The notes under the pieces: generated by a model
Database searches by the model: none
Told to the model about the DNA's origin: nothing
The model's input: the letters and a program-made list of their open reading frames with translations, nothing else
Virus record (IMG/VR): IMGVR_UViG_2904150443_000004
Coordinates: 82,368-146,367 of that record
Source: a virus
Taxonomy: Duplodnaviria > Caudoviricetes
Length of the DNA: 64,000 bases
Reading direction: 5' to 3' (one strand)
Shown: piece by piece, positions 20,566 through 32,963 of the stretch
How the letters are laid out: every line of letters starts with the position of its first letter
How positions within the stretch are numbered: the first letter of the stretch is position 1
Program-made: the position numbers and the translations under genes

Positions 20566-22595
20566 AATATAAAATCATGGATTCTTGCCATTCTAATGCA
20601 AATCCTTACGAAAAGGCTCAAATGTCAGACGGATTATCATCAATAGAATTAGTACCAGACATTGAGCGAGATGCTTGGTTCTTTCGAGAGTTGGAAAGTA
20701 GAGGAGTTAGGCTCAACAAAGGCCAGATTGAATTAGTTAGACATAAAAATGGCACAGCTCTGGTTAATGCAGTAGCAGGTGCAGGAAAGTCTTCATCTAT
20801 TGTGTCTAGATTGTCTTATCTGGATCAAGTTCATGGTATTGATATCTCAAAGGTACTACTCATAACCTTCACCAAGAAGGCAGCTGATGAGATGATTTCT
20901 AAGGCAGTCAACCTTGGAATGACGAGCAAGGAAAAATTAAAACAAGTGACTGCTGGAACATTCCACTCAGTATTTCTAAAGGTATTAAGAAATAATGGTG
21001 ACAATAGAGATATCCTATCTAGTGATAAAAGTAAGCAAATCACTATAAAGATGATCATAAGAGCACTTGGTATTGATGATAAGCGCTATAGACCAGAAGA
21101 CATTCTGGCACAAATATCACATTATAAAAATAATATTATTGATATTGATGATTACTATCACAGCGATGAGTTTGATAGAGAGTTCTACAACATATGGTCA
21201 AGGTATGAAAGACACAAACAAGAAAAAATGTTGATTGATTTTGATGATATGTTGTTGCTAACTTATCAATTACTGATTAACAATAATGAAATATTGAAAT
21301 CAATAAGAGAAGATTATCAATATATAATGGTAGACGAGTATCAGGACACTAATTACTTACAAAGTAAAATTATCGAATTGATTGCATCACCTCTAAGAAA
21401 CATATTAGTGGTGGGGGACAGCGATCAGTCAATATTTTCATTCAATGGGGCAAAGATTGAAAATATCTTAAACTTTACTAATACATATCCAGAAACAATA
21501 ATAATTACTTTAGATACAAATTATCGGTGTACTAATACTATCCTTGGCATGGCTAATCATGCAATCAAAAAGAATAAGCTTCGTATTGAAAAAGAATCAA
21601 AAGCAGTTAAACCTTCAAGTATATATCCATGCATCGGTAAATATGTCTCTACAGAAGATGAAGCAGCTAATATTGTTAATCACATTACAAGTGAAGTTAG
21701 GCAAGGAGATAGGAAGTATTCGGACTTCGCAGTTCTCTATAGGACTAACGCTAATTCAAGATCTATTTTTGATGAATTACTTTTAAGGGAGATCCCTTTC
21801 ACTTCATATGGGAGTGAAGACGTATTCTATATTAACTCTACAGTAAAGCCACTGTTAGGGTATTTACGAGTTATGGTTGATCCATATGATTTCAGTGCAA
21901 TAGGCGATATTTTACCTACGCTCTATATTGCTAAAGATAAAGTAAAACAGATAGGTTCATTACAGCAAAGATATCCAATTGCTAATCCAATTGAGCATGT
22001 TACTGAACTTGTATCATCTTCATACCAGCAAACAAAGATCCGAGATAAAATTGATCAGATGAAACGTATTACTTCTCATCGCCCAATAGTTGTACTGAAG
22101 ACTTTACGAGAGGATTATGAGAAATATCTGATTGGGGAAGATGAATCTGAATCAACGACATTACATAGGGAAATTGTGAAAGAAATGCTTGATGAACTTG
22201 AGAATAGCTCAAAAAAATTCAGTACGGTGAAAGAGTACATACTATTTATTGATCGTGTAATTAAAAACGCAAAACTTCAAAAAGAACAAAAAAAGAAAAA
22301 CAATGCTGATACAGTTAAGATTATGACAATACATAAGAGTAAAGGATTAGAGTTTCCAGTAGTCTTTACTATTATGAATAATGAAGGTGTATTACCTCAC
22401 AAGTCAGCTTTTGAGGTTTGTACAGATGTTATCAATAATGGGATTAATGAAGCTCTGGAAGAAGAAAACAGACTCTTCTATGTGGCTGTAACTCGTGCTG
22501 AAGATGAATTGTATTTAAGCTATGTTGATAGTCACAGGGGTAGAGACATGCATCCTTCACGCTTCATTGAGGATTATATCGAGGCGGTGATTTAA
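20553..22595 (+). CDS. UvrD/PcrA-family SF1 helicase
   Basis: AVAGAGKS, VDEYQD, GDSDQSI, TIHKSKGLEF, YVAVTRA. Confidence 0.93.
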   Translation: MGGVKYKIMDSCHSNANPYEKAQMSDGLSSIELVPDIERDAWFFRELESRGVRLNKGQIELVRHKNGTALVNAVAGAGKSSSIVSRLSYLDQVHGIDISKVLLITFTKKAADEMISKAVNLGMTSKEKLKQVTAGTFHSVFLKVLRNNGDNRDILSSDKSKQITIKMIIRALGIDDKRYRPEDILAQISHYKNNIIDIDDYYHSDEFDREFYNIWSRYERHKQEKMLIDFDDMLLLTYQLLINNNEILKSIREDYQYIMVDEYQDTNYLQSKIIELIASPLRNILVVGDSDQSIFSFNGAKIENILNFTNTYPETIIITLDTNYRCTNTILGMANHAIKKNKLRIEKESKAVKPSSIYPCIGKYVSTEDEAANIVNHITSEVRQGDRKYSDFAVLYRTNANSRSIFDELLLREIPFTSYGSEDVFYINSTVKPLLGYLRVMVDPYDFSAIGDILPTLYIAKDKVKQIGSLQQRYPIANPIEHVTELVSSSYQQTKIRDKIDQMKRITSHRPIVVLKTLREDYEKYLIGEDESESTTLHREIVKEMLDELENSSKKFSTVKEYILFIDRVIKNAKLQKEQKKKNNADTVKIMTIHKSKGLEFPVVFTIMNNEGVLPHKSAFEVCTDVINNGINEALEEENRLFYVAVTRAEDELYLSYVDSHRGRDMHPSRFIEDYIEAVI

Positions 22596-23195
22596 ATGGC
22601 CTCACCAAGACAGGTTAAATGTGCATGGTGTGAACGCAAAGATTCAAAAGAACTTATGATACAGGAGTCTAACAGAAAGTATTATCATCACAATGAATGT
22701 TACTCAGCATATTTAAGTGAGAAAAATTTTAAACAAAAAGAGCGTATCGAGTTAGATCACCTAACAGATACCATAGTACAAGTACATAAATTAAAATTTA
22801 GAGGAAGTATTCCTAGTTCATTTTATCCATACATAAACGATCTTAGAAATGATTCTGTATTATTTGGGAAAATGCAGAAGAGATATAAAGAAGGAATATC
22901 ATATGTATTATTGGCAAATACTTATCAATTTTGTGAAGAGAAAATTGCTTGGGCGAAAGCTAATAAACAATTTAAAAATACGCTGTCAGAATTAAAGTAT
23001 TGTTTAGCCATTGTTAAAAATAACATAGAAAACTCATTAAAAGAAAATATTAAGAAGAATATAGAACTAAACAAGTTTAAAAAGCTACAGGAAGAACACG
23101 AGAGTATTAACGCAGTCAAAGAACGCCTAAAAAACTTAACGATAGAAGAGTCTGCTCCAAGTGAGGAAATTAATGTGGAAACGCTTTTTGATTAA
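22596..23195 (+). CDS. replication-associated protein (possible helicase loader/initiator)
   Basis: N-terminal CxxC; lies directly upstream of the DnaB-like gene. Confidence 0.5.
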   Translation: MASPRQVKCAWCERKDSKELMIQESNRKYYHHNECYSAYLSEKNFKQKERIELDHLTDTIVQVHKLKFRGSIPSSFYPYINDLRNDSVLFGKMQKRYKEGISYVLLANTYQFCEEKIAWAKANKQFKNTLSELKYCLAIVKNNIENSLKENIKKNIELNKFKKLQEEHESINAVKERLKNLTIEESAPSEEINVETLFD

Positions 23196-23209
23196 GGAGA
23201 TGAAAAGAA

Positions 23210-24778
23210 ATAGATACACTAATTACTTCTGAGATTAAAGACCCTCATACTGAAGTTTTAGTTGTGGGAAGTCTATATAGGAATCCTGATTTGCTTTTGG
23301 ATTTTGGAGAATTAATAATTCCTAAGTATGATTTTGCTTATGATACAACAAACTTTTTGTTCAATTCGCTTTATGAAATGTATCAATTTCAAATAAAGGG
23401 CGAGCTAACCGAATCTAAGATAAATATTTTCATGCACCAAGACACTGAGAGGAAGAAGCAATATGAGAAGATAAAGGGTTATCAATACATAAGACGTATT
23501 ATGGCAGCAGCCGATTTAGATGAATTCCAAACATACTATAATAACTTAAAGAAATATTCACTACTTAGAGAATTGGAGCTAAAAGGATTTCCTGCTAAAA
23601 AGATATTCGAAAAAAATAATTTTAGTAAGGTTACTCCAGAGAATATTTTGCATGGTATGGAAATGCAAATTATAAACATAGGTACAGTTATTGGTGGAGC
23701 ACAAGATAGTGTAATTCTCGGAAGAAAGATGACTGAAAGGGTGAAAGAATGGAAGAAGAAGCCTGATTTTGGTTTAGAGATTCCTTTTGAGTTGATTAAT
23801 ATGCTTTTAAGGGGACTAAGAAAAAAGAAACTCACATTAACAGGAATGCACTCAGGATGTGGAAAATCGCGTCTTACATCCAAAGTTGCATGTTATCTTG
23901 GGATATTTAAAGGTGTGAATATACTTGTAGCTGCTAACGAGCAAGATGAAGATGAATGGGATGCAATGGTTATTAGTTGTATTGTTAACAATCCAGAATT
24001 TCATTATAAACCTAATAGTAATGAACTGAATGAAGTAGGTAAAATCATTAATGAAAAAGGGTATCAATATAAGGGCATTGATGAAACTAAAATCGTCACA
24101 GGTACTTTGACTGAAGAAGAGGACGAGATTGTGATGGTGGCAGCAGAATACATAGAAGTGCACAGCAAGATTCATTTTTTAGAGTTGTCTAAATACGATG
24201 AAGTATCTCTCAAAAGACACTTTAAAAAGCATAAAATTAAGAAATGTGAGTTAATTATATATGATACCCTGAAAGCACCTGATCATGATTGGATGTCATT
24301 TGTTAAGACTGGTGACATGCTTAAGGAGCAAGCAAAAGAACTAGAAATCTCCTTCTGGGCAACTTTTCAGTTAACAGATGATAGTTTATTCAATGAAATA
24401 TTGAACTCAACCGCGATTGCAAATGGTAAGCATATAAAACATATTGCTGATGGTTTGATGATGTTTAGACCGCTTTTTCCAGATGACTACGATAAATATG
24501 TAATTTACAATCCTAGTTCTAAGCCTTTTGTGGAGGAGAGAAGAAGGTTAGACCGAAGTCAGACATATTATATGGGAGTTATTGATAAAAATCGCGGCGG
24601 GAAAGATAAGGATCTAATTTGTTTTAGAGTTGATAAGGGCAAGAATATCTGGATAGAGGAAGGTTATCTAATTTTATCTGATATCGAAAAAGACTTTATT
24701 AAAACAAAGAAAGAATATAATAAACTTAAAAAGGAACAACAGGTTCATGAATTGAAAGAAAAGCTAGGTAAGGCATAG
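23210..24778 (+). CDS. DnaB-like replicative helicase (probable ATA start at 23210)
   Basis: GMHSGCGKS Walker A, IYDTLK, DKNRGG; frame open from 23204, AAGGAG RBS before ATA. Confidence 0.85.
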   Translation: MDTLITSEIKDPHTEVLVVGSLYRNPDLLLDFGELIIPKYDFAYDTTNFLFNSLYEMYQFQIKGELTESKINIFMHQDTERKKQYEKIKGYQYIRRIMAAADLDEFQTYYNNLKKYSLLRELELKGFPAKKIFEKNNFSKVTPENILHGMEMQIINIGTVIGGAQDSVILGRKMTERVKEWKKKPDFGLEIPFELINMLLRGLRKKKLTLTGMHSGCGKSRLTSKVACYLGIFKGVNILVAANEQDEDEWDAMVISCIVNNPEFHYKPNSNELNEVGKIINEKGYQYKGIDETKIVTGTLTEEEDEIVMVAAEYIEVHSKIHFLELSKYDEVSLKRHFKKHKIKKCELIIYDTLKAPDHDWMSFVKTGDMLKEQAKELEISFWATFQLTDDSLFNEILNSTAIANGKHIKHIADGLMMFRPLFPDDYDKYVIYNPSSKPFVEERRRLDRSQTYYMGVIDKNRGGKDKDLICFRVDKGKNIWIEEGYLILSDIEKDFIKTKKEYNKLKKEQQVHELKEKLGKA

Positions 24779-24791
24779 GATGTGATTTAAA

Positions 24792-25820
24792 ATAAATGCT
24801 TCTGACCTGAAGGATAAAATAATTCAAGATGATAAAGTTAAGGATATAGTCAACGCATTGGGCTGCTCTAATTTTAGAAAAGGAACTAGTTATTATACAT
24901 GCTCCAATCCAGATGGAGATGCAAGAGCAGCCATAAATATCAATATTGAAAATCTTAGTGTTATGAATCACACTCGAAATGATTTTCCAAAAGAACGTGC
25001 AGATATTATTACCTTAGTTGAATACATAAAAGATTTCTACTTTACAAAAGCAATGAATTGGATCTGTGAGGTATGTGGGTACGATTATTATCATGGAGAT
25101 TTTGAAAAAGAAAAAATTGATGATCCCTGTTTATTAGCGCTCGATGTTATAGAGTCAAAAACACTAGACAAGGAAATTGAATTAAGAAAATTAGATGATA
25201 GGATATTATTTGAGTATGTGCAGTATCCTCACATTCTTTTTTTGCAAGAGGGAATATCATTAGATGTACAAAAATTATTTGAGGTTGGTTACTCAGTTAG
25301 AGATAGTTGCATAACAATTCCTATCAGGGACGAGTTAGGAAGTTTGGTTGGTGTTAAAGGGCGAACCACACTTGATTATGAGAAGTTGAAAATGTCTAAA
25401 TATTGGTTCCCTTACGCAACTCCCAAATCACAAATACTCTATGGGCTAGATAAATCGTATCAGTTCATAAAGGATTCAGGCAAAGTATTAGTTTATGAAG
25501 CTGAAAAAAGTGTTCAAAAAAGCTTCTCTTACAATATAAAAAATTGTGTCAGTATAGGTGGACATATACTTAGTGAAACACAGGTTATGAAGCTAGAGAA
25601 GTTAGGAGTAGATGTAATCCTCGCCTTCGACAAGAATGTGACTGCTGAAGAAATAAAGGATGAGGCAAGGAAATTTATTATTCCAGAAAAAGTTTATACG
25701 ATTTTTGAGCAAAAGAATAAACTTCTCGACGAAAAGGATGCTCCAGTTGATAAGGGAAGAGATATATTTATCCAACTGCTTACAACAGAAACATATAGAG
25801 CACTAAAGCAAGGGGAATGA
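24792..25820 (+). CDS. DNA primase (TOPRIM) (probable ATA start at 24792)
   Basis: IPIRDE.G..VG.KGR, VYEAEKS, LAFDK; follows the helicase. Confidence 0.85.
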   Translation: MNASDLKDKIIQDDKVKDIVNALGCSNFRKGTSYYTCSNPDGDARAAININIENLSVMNHTRNDFPKERADIITLVEYIKDFYFTKAMNWICEVCGYDYYHGDFEKEKIDDPCLLALDVIESKTLDKEIELRKLDDRILFEYVQYPHILFLQEGISLDVQKLFEVGYSVRDSCITIPIRDELGSLVGVKGRTTLDYEKLKMSKYWFPYATPKSQILYGLDKSYQFIKDSGKVLVYEAEKSVQKSFSYNIKNCVSIGGHILSETQVMKLEKLGVDVILAFDKNVTAEEIKDEARKFIIPEKVYTIFEQKNKLLDEKDAPVDKGRDIFIQLLTTETYRALKQGE

Positions 25821-25883
25821 AACTACTCTTTCATAGCCAATGATCCAATAAGATAAAATATATAAATACATATAAAATATCTG

Positions 25884-25913
25884 TTGACTGATCATTGGCT
25901 ATTCTGATACAGT
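25884..25913 (+). promoter_or_regulatory. sigmaA-type promoter
   Basis: TTGACT-18-(TGn)TACAGT with upstream A-tracts. Confidence 0.5.
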
Positions 25914-26256
25914 AAAGATGAAGGTAAAGGAAAAGAATAGGAGATGATATTAAATATGAAAATTGACCAAAAGGCTATTGAGCAGTACCAAGAACTTTGT
26001 CATTTAAGTGCTATGAAATGCGAGACGTTGTTTGATATCGAGTATAAGATTGAACGAGCAATAGCACTAGGACAACTGATTGAAATGACTTCAGAAACAA
26101 AGATGTACCGCTATTACAATCTTAACTTTGTTGTAAAAAACAATAAGGTAGTGCGTATTTACCGAAGTAGATCTATCCCTGAAGTATTTATAAACGAAAA
26201 AATCAAATTTCAATATGATAGAATACATAGAAAGATCTTGGTTTGAGGCAATATAT

Positions 26257-27369
26257 ATGAGTAAGTATGAACTTAGTTTATCCAGAGATTACGTTCCTGA
26301 TTGGACACTTGTTGATGCAATTCGTGAGTTGTTCCAAAACGCATTAGATCAACAAACTACAATGCCAGATAATGAAATGTTCTTTAGCTATAAAGAGGAT
26401 GAAAAGAAATTATACATAGGTAATAAATCATCGGTATTAAGCGTGAAGTCACTACTCCTTGGGAAGTCAACTAAGAGAAATGAGCCAAATACAATCGGGA
26501 AGTTCGGTGAGGGGTATAAAGTAGCTACTCTAGTCCTTACACGATTGAATAAATGCGTAACATTCTTCAATTATGGGGCGAGAGAAGTGTGGAGGCCGAG
26601 ATTTGTTAATTCTCGTAGATATGGATGTGAAATACTAACCTTCTTCATAGACAAGAAATACATCTGGCAGAGGGTTCCTGATATGAACTTGACAATAGAA
26701 ATTGATAACATTTCACCTGAAGAATATTCGGATATCGTAGCGTCAAATCTACACTGTCAAGACGTTGGTAAAGTAACACATAGTGAATGTGGTCGCATCC
26801 TTCATGAGAGTAGATACAAAGGCAAGGTATTTGTAAACGGATTGTTTGTTTGTGATTACATTAAATATGAAGAAGGATATGATTTTAGACCTCAATATTT
26901 AAGACTTGATAGAGATAGAAAACTTGCTGATAATTTCGAGCTTGAGTGGTTGTCATCAAGAATGTGGAGAGGAGCGCAAGCGGAAAAAGCTGTTGAATTA
27001 ATTAAAAGAGGCTGTGCTGATGTCGCTTATTTTTCAAGTGTTAGTTTTTATAGTCCATCTTCTACGGTAATTGACGATATTGTATTTGAGGATTTCAAAA
27101 AGGAACATGGTGAAAATGCTATTCCAGTTACGACACAGGATGAATATGTTGAGATAAACTCTTCTCCTGAGTATAGGCCAGTGATAGTGTCACAATCCTA
27201 CTGTAATGTTATTAAATCAAGTAGTAAGTATGAGCCACCTGTATTAAGAAAGATTGATATTGAGACTTCAAAAGCGAAAATTGAGAAGTGGTTAGAAAAA
27301 CATAAGCAGTCACTGTCTAAAAAAGCAATTCTTGAGTTACAAAATATTATTGAAGAAGTTAGTTGTTAA
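26257..27369 (+). CDS. GHKL (HATPase) domain protein
   Basis: AIRELFQNALD, LLLGKSTK, IGKFGEGYK. Confidence 0.8.
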   Translation: MSKYELSLSRDYVPDWTLVDAIRELFQNALDQQTTMPDNEMFFSYKEDEKKLYIGNKSSVLSVKSLLLGKSTKRNEPNTIGKFGEGYKVATLVLTRLNKCVTFFNYGAREVWRPRFVNSRRYGCEILTFFIDKKYIWQRVPDMNLTIEIDNISPEEYSDIVASNLHCQDVGKVTHSECGRILHESRYKGKVFVNGLFVCDYIKYEEGYDFRPQYLRLDRDRKLADNFELEWLSSRMWRGAQAEKAVELIKRGCADVAYFSSVSFYSPSSTVIDDIVFEDFKKEHGENAIPVTTQDEYVEINSSPEYRPVIVSQSYCNVIKSSSKYEPPVLRKIDIETSKAKIEKWLEKHKQSLSKKAILELQNIIEEVSC

Positions 27370-30300
27370 GATTGGAGACGGTATATGAATAGTTTAAAAC
27401 GGATGCTTCAGTTGTATCTTCAACTAGAAGAGATTGAAAACGAAATTGCGGAATGTGAATCAAATCTCCTTGGATCAGAAATTAAGTATGGGGAATATGG
27501 GCTCTGCACGATTATTTTTATTGATGGGAATTATGCAACTTTAGCCTGTGAATCAGATGATGACGATGATGATGATGATGATCGTCATGAAATTGAGGTT
27601 TCATTAGAGGAACTAGTTAAATAAAATTATCAAAGGACTGATGCAAAAATGTTTAATTTACGTAACAGTGATGATATCAGATTAATAAAAAGTATTACAG
27701 GGGAGGCATATTATCTTCGCAAGTCACCGTATGGATTTTTTGAACAATACACTTTCTATGATGAGAACGGCAATGAAATAGAAACTTTCGCTCCATATAA
27801 TTCTGATGGTGAAATAATCGGTTTTTATGTTTATGATTTAGGAGAAAAGGTTTTATTTGAAGGTGTAATAATAAATGCAGAATTTTCAGAGACTGAGTTC
27901 TATGATTCCGAACACTATAATTAGTCGAGTAGGTGCAGAGGCATTACAACGATAGAAAAGGAGGCTCTACGAGGAAGGTTATGTTGTTTAAATCAACACA
28001 AGACATCATTGATTATTACAAAAGTCAAAACAATAACAAGGAGGAAACAAAGTGTTCAAAGTAATCTATCTTGATCTGAAGACTGACTTCATTAGGGAAA
28101 AGAGCTTTGACATGGAAGATGAAGCAAAAGAATATTTCTTTAATCATAAAACAGGTTCAGGCTATATGAGTTTGAGCCTAACAAGTCCTGAAGACATACT
28201 GCTTTATGATAAGTGGGATGCTTGGTTGTTTCATCAATAAACTTTAAAGTGAGGGTATATATGAAAGATAAGAAAACAAAATCATTTCTATCAGCATTAG
28301 ATTTATTATCTAAGAAGTATGGAATATACATAGATCTTCATTCGTGCGAGGAAATTGTGTTGGTTGATGAGATTGGAAATGTTTTAGGTGAAGATTTTCA
28401 TTATGACAACGCACTTGGATATAAGTGTTACTGAGATTTAAGGGAGCATGAAACACGAATTTCATGAGGAGATGATTGAGTGTATCAGGTAACTGTAAAC
28501 TTAGAGCAACGCGTAACCATCGATAAAAATCAAATTGCTGAAATATTAGTTCGTGAACAATCGAATCTGTTAGGTGGCTCAAATCGTTGGATTCAGCAAG
28601 GAGAAGTATGGGAGAAGTATAGTTATCATAGAGACTATGAGATGAAGGAGAAAGTAAGAGATGCTTCAGATGAAGAAGTTGTAGCTTATGATGCATTAAA
28701 TACTGTTATTGATTATTTTAAGAAACTTTAAATTGTAAATAACAAGGGCTGATATAAATGAAAAATAAAGATATTATAGTAAAAATTAAATTCGATACTC
28801 ATACCATGCTATTCGGTAATTCACACAAGCCATGGAAAATGCAATTTGAAGAATACCTCATAGATCTATACCGTAATGGCATGTATCCAAATAACATTGA
28901 AGAAGTATTGGTCTCTGATGAACCTTGGGTCAAATGGGGCGGTTTGAAATGGTGTACTGAGACGCGTTTTCAAAATCAGTTGAATCGTGAAGGGTGCCAA
29001 GGTAATGATCCAGACAATCCAAATCCAAGACAGTATTCCGATATGGAGTTCTATAAGAGTGGGGTTGTGACTAAGAAAGTGATATCAATTTTCGCGAATG
29101 TACGTAAGGGGATTTATTAATACTAGAGCAAGAGGGGGGAATATTGAGTGATAGACATCAAAAAGTGTATAGGGTGTTCAGAGTTTGCTCATATGGACGA
29201 CATGTGCCAATGTGAAAAGACGGGATTTTGGATATGTTCCAATTGTGATCATCTACTTAAAGTTACAGTGAATACTGAAGGTGAGCATGTGTATATATTG
29301 AAAGATTAGTATTACGAATTCATCTTAGAGAAATGAAGTCCCTATAAAGTAGTGATTTCATTTTGAATAAAGATAAATATACATATGAGGATGATTGGAA
29401 AATGAATCTCGATAACTTAATTATTTCAACTAGTCCATTAACTGGACAGATATATGCTGGATACAGCAAAGATAACGGAAAATCATTCAGTCACAAGGTT
29501 GACGTAACTCAACAAGTTATTAGTGCGATGTGTGCGCACATGTACATCACTGGAATTGAGTACGAGTGTCAGGCTGGTGAATTGATCTTCAAGCCAAAGG
29601 AGAGCGAACAGAATGAGTAGACATCGAGATACACCGTCGCTTAAGCAAGGCGATGCGGTTGTTATGCATACGTGTATCGAAGCAATGAATCCAGAATACT
29701 ACGGTAAGATATGGTACTGTAAGACTGATGAATTCACAACAGGAAAAGGTGTTTATAAGCAACAACTAGTCTTCTTGGATGGATTCAGTGGTTCATTCTT
29801 AACTGAATTTCTTCAAAAAGTTAATGTGAACGATGAGACAAAACATCTCACCAGTGAAGTTGAACGGCTAAAGATACTTTATAAGGATTACTTAGACATG
29901 TACACCTCGACTGTGAGTGAAAAAAATAAACTGAAAGGCAAGCTCCAAGACGCACTAAATACACTTGAACGTATCGTTACCATGCCATATACATTGCCAG
30001 ATGTGTGTAAGGATGTTGCACAGTTACTATCTAAAGAGACAATACAACGCATACAGGAGGGGAAGTAGATGCAATACGGACAATTAGAAATTGCTGAAGA
30101 AAATGGATTGAAAGATGTAAAGGTATTTCAAATTTGTGAATGTGATGCAGTAGCAGCATATACGGTTGAGGAAGCAAAAGCTTGGTACAAAGAATTAACA
30201 GGTGTGACGGATGACGAATTATATCCAGATGAAGAAATTGAGATTGTGCCGATTGATTCCAAAGTTTATGAGAGTGAAGATTCTACCAAGCTGATTACTG

Positions 30301-30985
30301 TTCAAGAAATCATAGAAACGTATTTTAACGGTGAGCCATTCATTGCATTGTCGACTGAAGGCTAAGGGGGAGATATAGTCATGAAGGGAGTACAAGAAAT
30401 CATTGACTTCTTTGAATGTGGAGAAGGATATGAGAAAAATGAAATAATCGAAAACCTTCTAGGTGAAATTAAGTCTCTTAATGGATATTCAGCAGATGAA
30501 ATAGGCCTTGAATGGGACGGGAAAACACTTATGGTTTTAGATGACTTTACAAATGCGTTTTATGACAAGTTGATTGCAAGTGTATGTAATGTCATTAGAA
30601 GTTTTGAGGACAAGGAGGAGGAAGAGTCATGAAACATACAAGAGAGAAACTGGAAAGCTTCGATAATGCAAAGATTGATTTTATAGCAGGTAAATTATCA
30701 GGCAAAGAAATAGGATCGATCATAGATAACAAATGCTTTGTTTACATGGAAGAATGGGAAGATCCTACTTTGTTTCAACCAACTCAAAAGGTGTACATGA
30801 CAGAAGTAATTAGTCAGAGAGCATTGGAACTAAATCCAATAGAGTATGTACGGCAGTTGGATGGGCTAATGTGGCCTAGTGGGTATGCAAAAGCCCATGA
30901 ATATGCCCTGAGAAACGTCATCAAAATGCTACAAGCTACACCACGCCAGCGCACCATAGCATCCATACTCACCCTACAGGGGCAG

Positions 30986-31232
30986 GGAGGTACAGGGGAA
31001 TGAAAGTATGGCATAGCTTATCGATCGAATCTAAACCTTGCATGTTATGTGGAAAGAAAACCGCCCACTACAAGGTGTATGAACAATCGAATCTGGCATT
31101 GAGAGTGCCATTGTGTGATGACGAAACTGAAGATTGCTGCTATAGAAAAGTAGATGTAAAGAGCCTTGTAACGCGGCAAATGATCGATTTGAAAAAGGAA
31201 ATCATCCGGTCAGGAGGTACAGGGGAATGAAA
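30986..31232 (+). repeat. 20-bp direct repeat GGAGGTACAGGGGAATGAAA at gene junctions (30986, 31213; variant at 31494)
   Basis: exact copies; each encodes GGTGE-stop plus the RBS and overlapping ATG of the next gene. Confidence 0.85.
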
Positions 31233-31506
31233 TGTGAACGATGTGGGAGCAACTTTGTCAAGCAAACAGATGATGATGTATGTGATGTTTGCTTGACGGA
31301 ATTGGAACTTGAGTATAACGGAGAACTTGATATCAACGCTAAGGCGTTTCGTGAAGCCTTGAATCGGAAATCTTGGGATATTAAGACGAAAATGATATCT
31401 GCTCAACGCTATGAAAAGGCGCGGCTTGAAGGACAATATGAGCTATTACAGTGGGTATGGGAATACACAGGCGGCGATAGAGTCATTGACTCAGGAGGCA
31501 TAGGGG

Positions 31507-31797
31507 ATGAGTAAATATAGAAAGAAGCCAGTTGTGATTGACGCGATCCAGTGGAATCCATTTGAAATGACTCGCGCAGATGTATTGTATCATTTCGCTT
31601 TGGATAATAAGACAGAATTTATCAATTATAGCTACAGGTATGCTGGGTGTTTAGAGATATCGACTTTAGAAGGAAATATGACTGTAAGTGAGGGTGATTA
31701 CATTATTAGAGGCGTAAAAGGTGAGTATTACCCTTGTAAATCATATATTTTCGAAGCCACATACGAGCCTGTAGAGGAGGGAGTAGAAGATGAGTAG
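31507..31797 (+). CDS. conserved phage protein (KYRKKPVVIDA family)
   Basis: TLEG.M..GDYII.G..GE.YPCK motif. Confidence 0.75.
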   Translation: MSKYRKKPVVIDAIQWNPFEMTRADVLYHFALDNKTEFINYSYRYAGCLEISTLEGNMTVSEGDYIIRGVKGEYYPCKSYIFEATYEPVEEGVEDE

Positions 31798-32221
31798 ACA
31801 AATCAAATTTCGTGGTAAGCGTCTAGATAATGGCGAGTTGGTGTACGGAAGCTTAATTCGTAGATACGATAGACCGCATAAAGTGTACATCCCCTTTGGA
31901 TATTGGATATATGTAAATGAAAATACTTGTCACGAAGTCGATCCTGAAACAGTAGGGCAATACTTCGGGCGGCTTGACGGCAACAGTAAAGAGATATATA
32001 AGGGAGATATTATTGAATATTCATACGTGTACAACGGGGAAACTCGCAAATTCACCGCGTACGTAGATTGGAGCGATGAACTCCTAGGCTATTGCCTAAG
32101 AAATATGGATGGTACGTGGAAATCAGAAGCTCATTCGTATGACTTTGAAGCAAATTCGGTCATCATAGGCAACATATACGAGAATCCAAAGCTTTGGGAA
32201 GGAGATATTAAGGATGAATGA
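31790..32221 (+). CDS. YopX family protein
   Basis: IKFRG, TVGQY, EIYKGDI, IGNIYENP. Confidence 0.88.
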   Translation: MSRQIKFRGKRLDNGELVYGSLIRRYDRPHKVYIPFGYWIYVNENTCHEVDPETVGQYFGRLDGNSKEIYKGDIIEYSYVYNGETRKFTAYVDWSDELLGYCLRNMDGTWKSEAHSYDFEANSVIIGNIYENPKLWEGDIKDE

Positions 32222-32909
32222 TATAGAACGTGTCATGCGTAAGATTTGTGAAACACAGGACGATAGTTGGAATGGTGAATGCTCCTGTCTGGATTGTTAT
32301 TGGAATATGAACCATCCAACGAAACGACCGGACGATAAACAGTGTGTTTCAGAGGATTTAGCTGATACTCGAATGATTCCGAATACGGTAGAGTGCCCAT
32401 CTTATTGGTCATTTACTTTCGCATGCGGGGTTTCAAAGGAAGGAGATAGTAATGATGCCTGAAACGATACAGCAGTCGGCAAGAGACTGGCAAGAAGACT
32501 GGAAGCAAGTTGAAGCACACAGACACGCCAAGAATTTATTCAACTGTCCTATCCGTAAATTGCATACGATGCATGGAATGATAGAGATTGAAAACGATAC
32601 GGAACGATTAGCCTACTGGATGCAGGAGTATAAGAATTTACAGGAAAGTTATGAATCACTTGAGTTGATGCATAAAGAACAGAAAAATCGAGCTGACTCT
32701 CTTTTAATGTTGATAAAGGACGTGTCTGAATTGATATCATGGAAACATAGGATTCAAAAAGATGGAGTTGAAGAGGCACTAAAGTTAATTTATAAATGGC
32801 TAATTGATAATCCAGTTAATAAAGCTGTCACAACAGAAAAAAACTAGTAATAAAAGAATAATTTCATAATATAAATAAAATATCACTATCAATACATATA
32901 AATAAGTGG

Positions 32910-32960
32910 TATAATCTCCTTGTATAAATTGTAATACATATTATTACAAGGAGTGATTAT
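32910..32960 (+). promoter_or_regulatory. parM promoter with nested inverted repeats (candidate operator/centromere)
   Basis: TGG-TATAAT at 32910; CTCCTTGTA (32916)/TACAAGGAG (32945) and TTGTAAT (32929)/ATTACAA (32943). Confidence 0.55.
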
Positions 32961-32963
32961 ATA

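Noticed and set aside
27556-27582. (GAT)n microsatellite encoding poly-Asp
   Set aside because: Short in-frame low-complexity tract with no sign of phase variation
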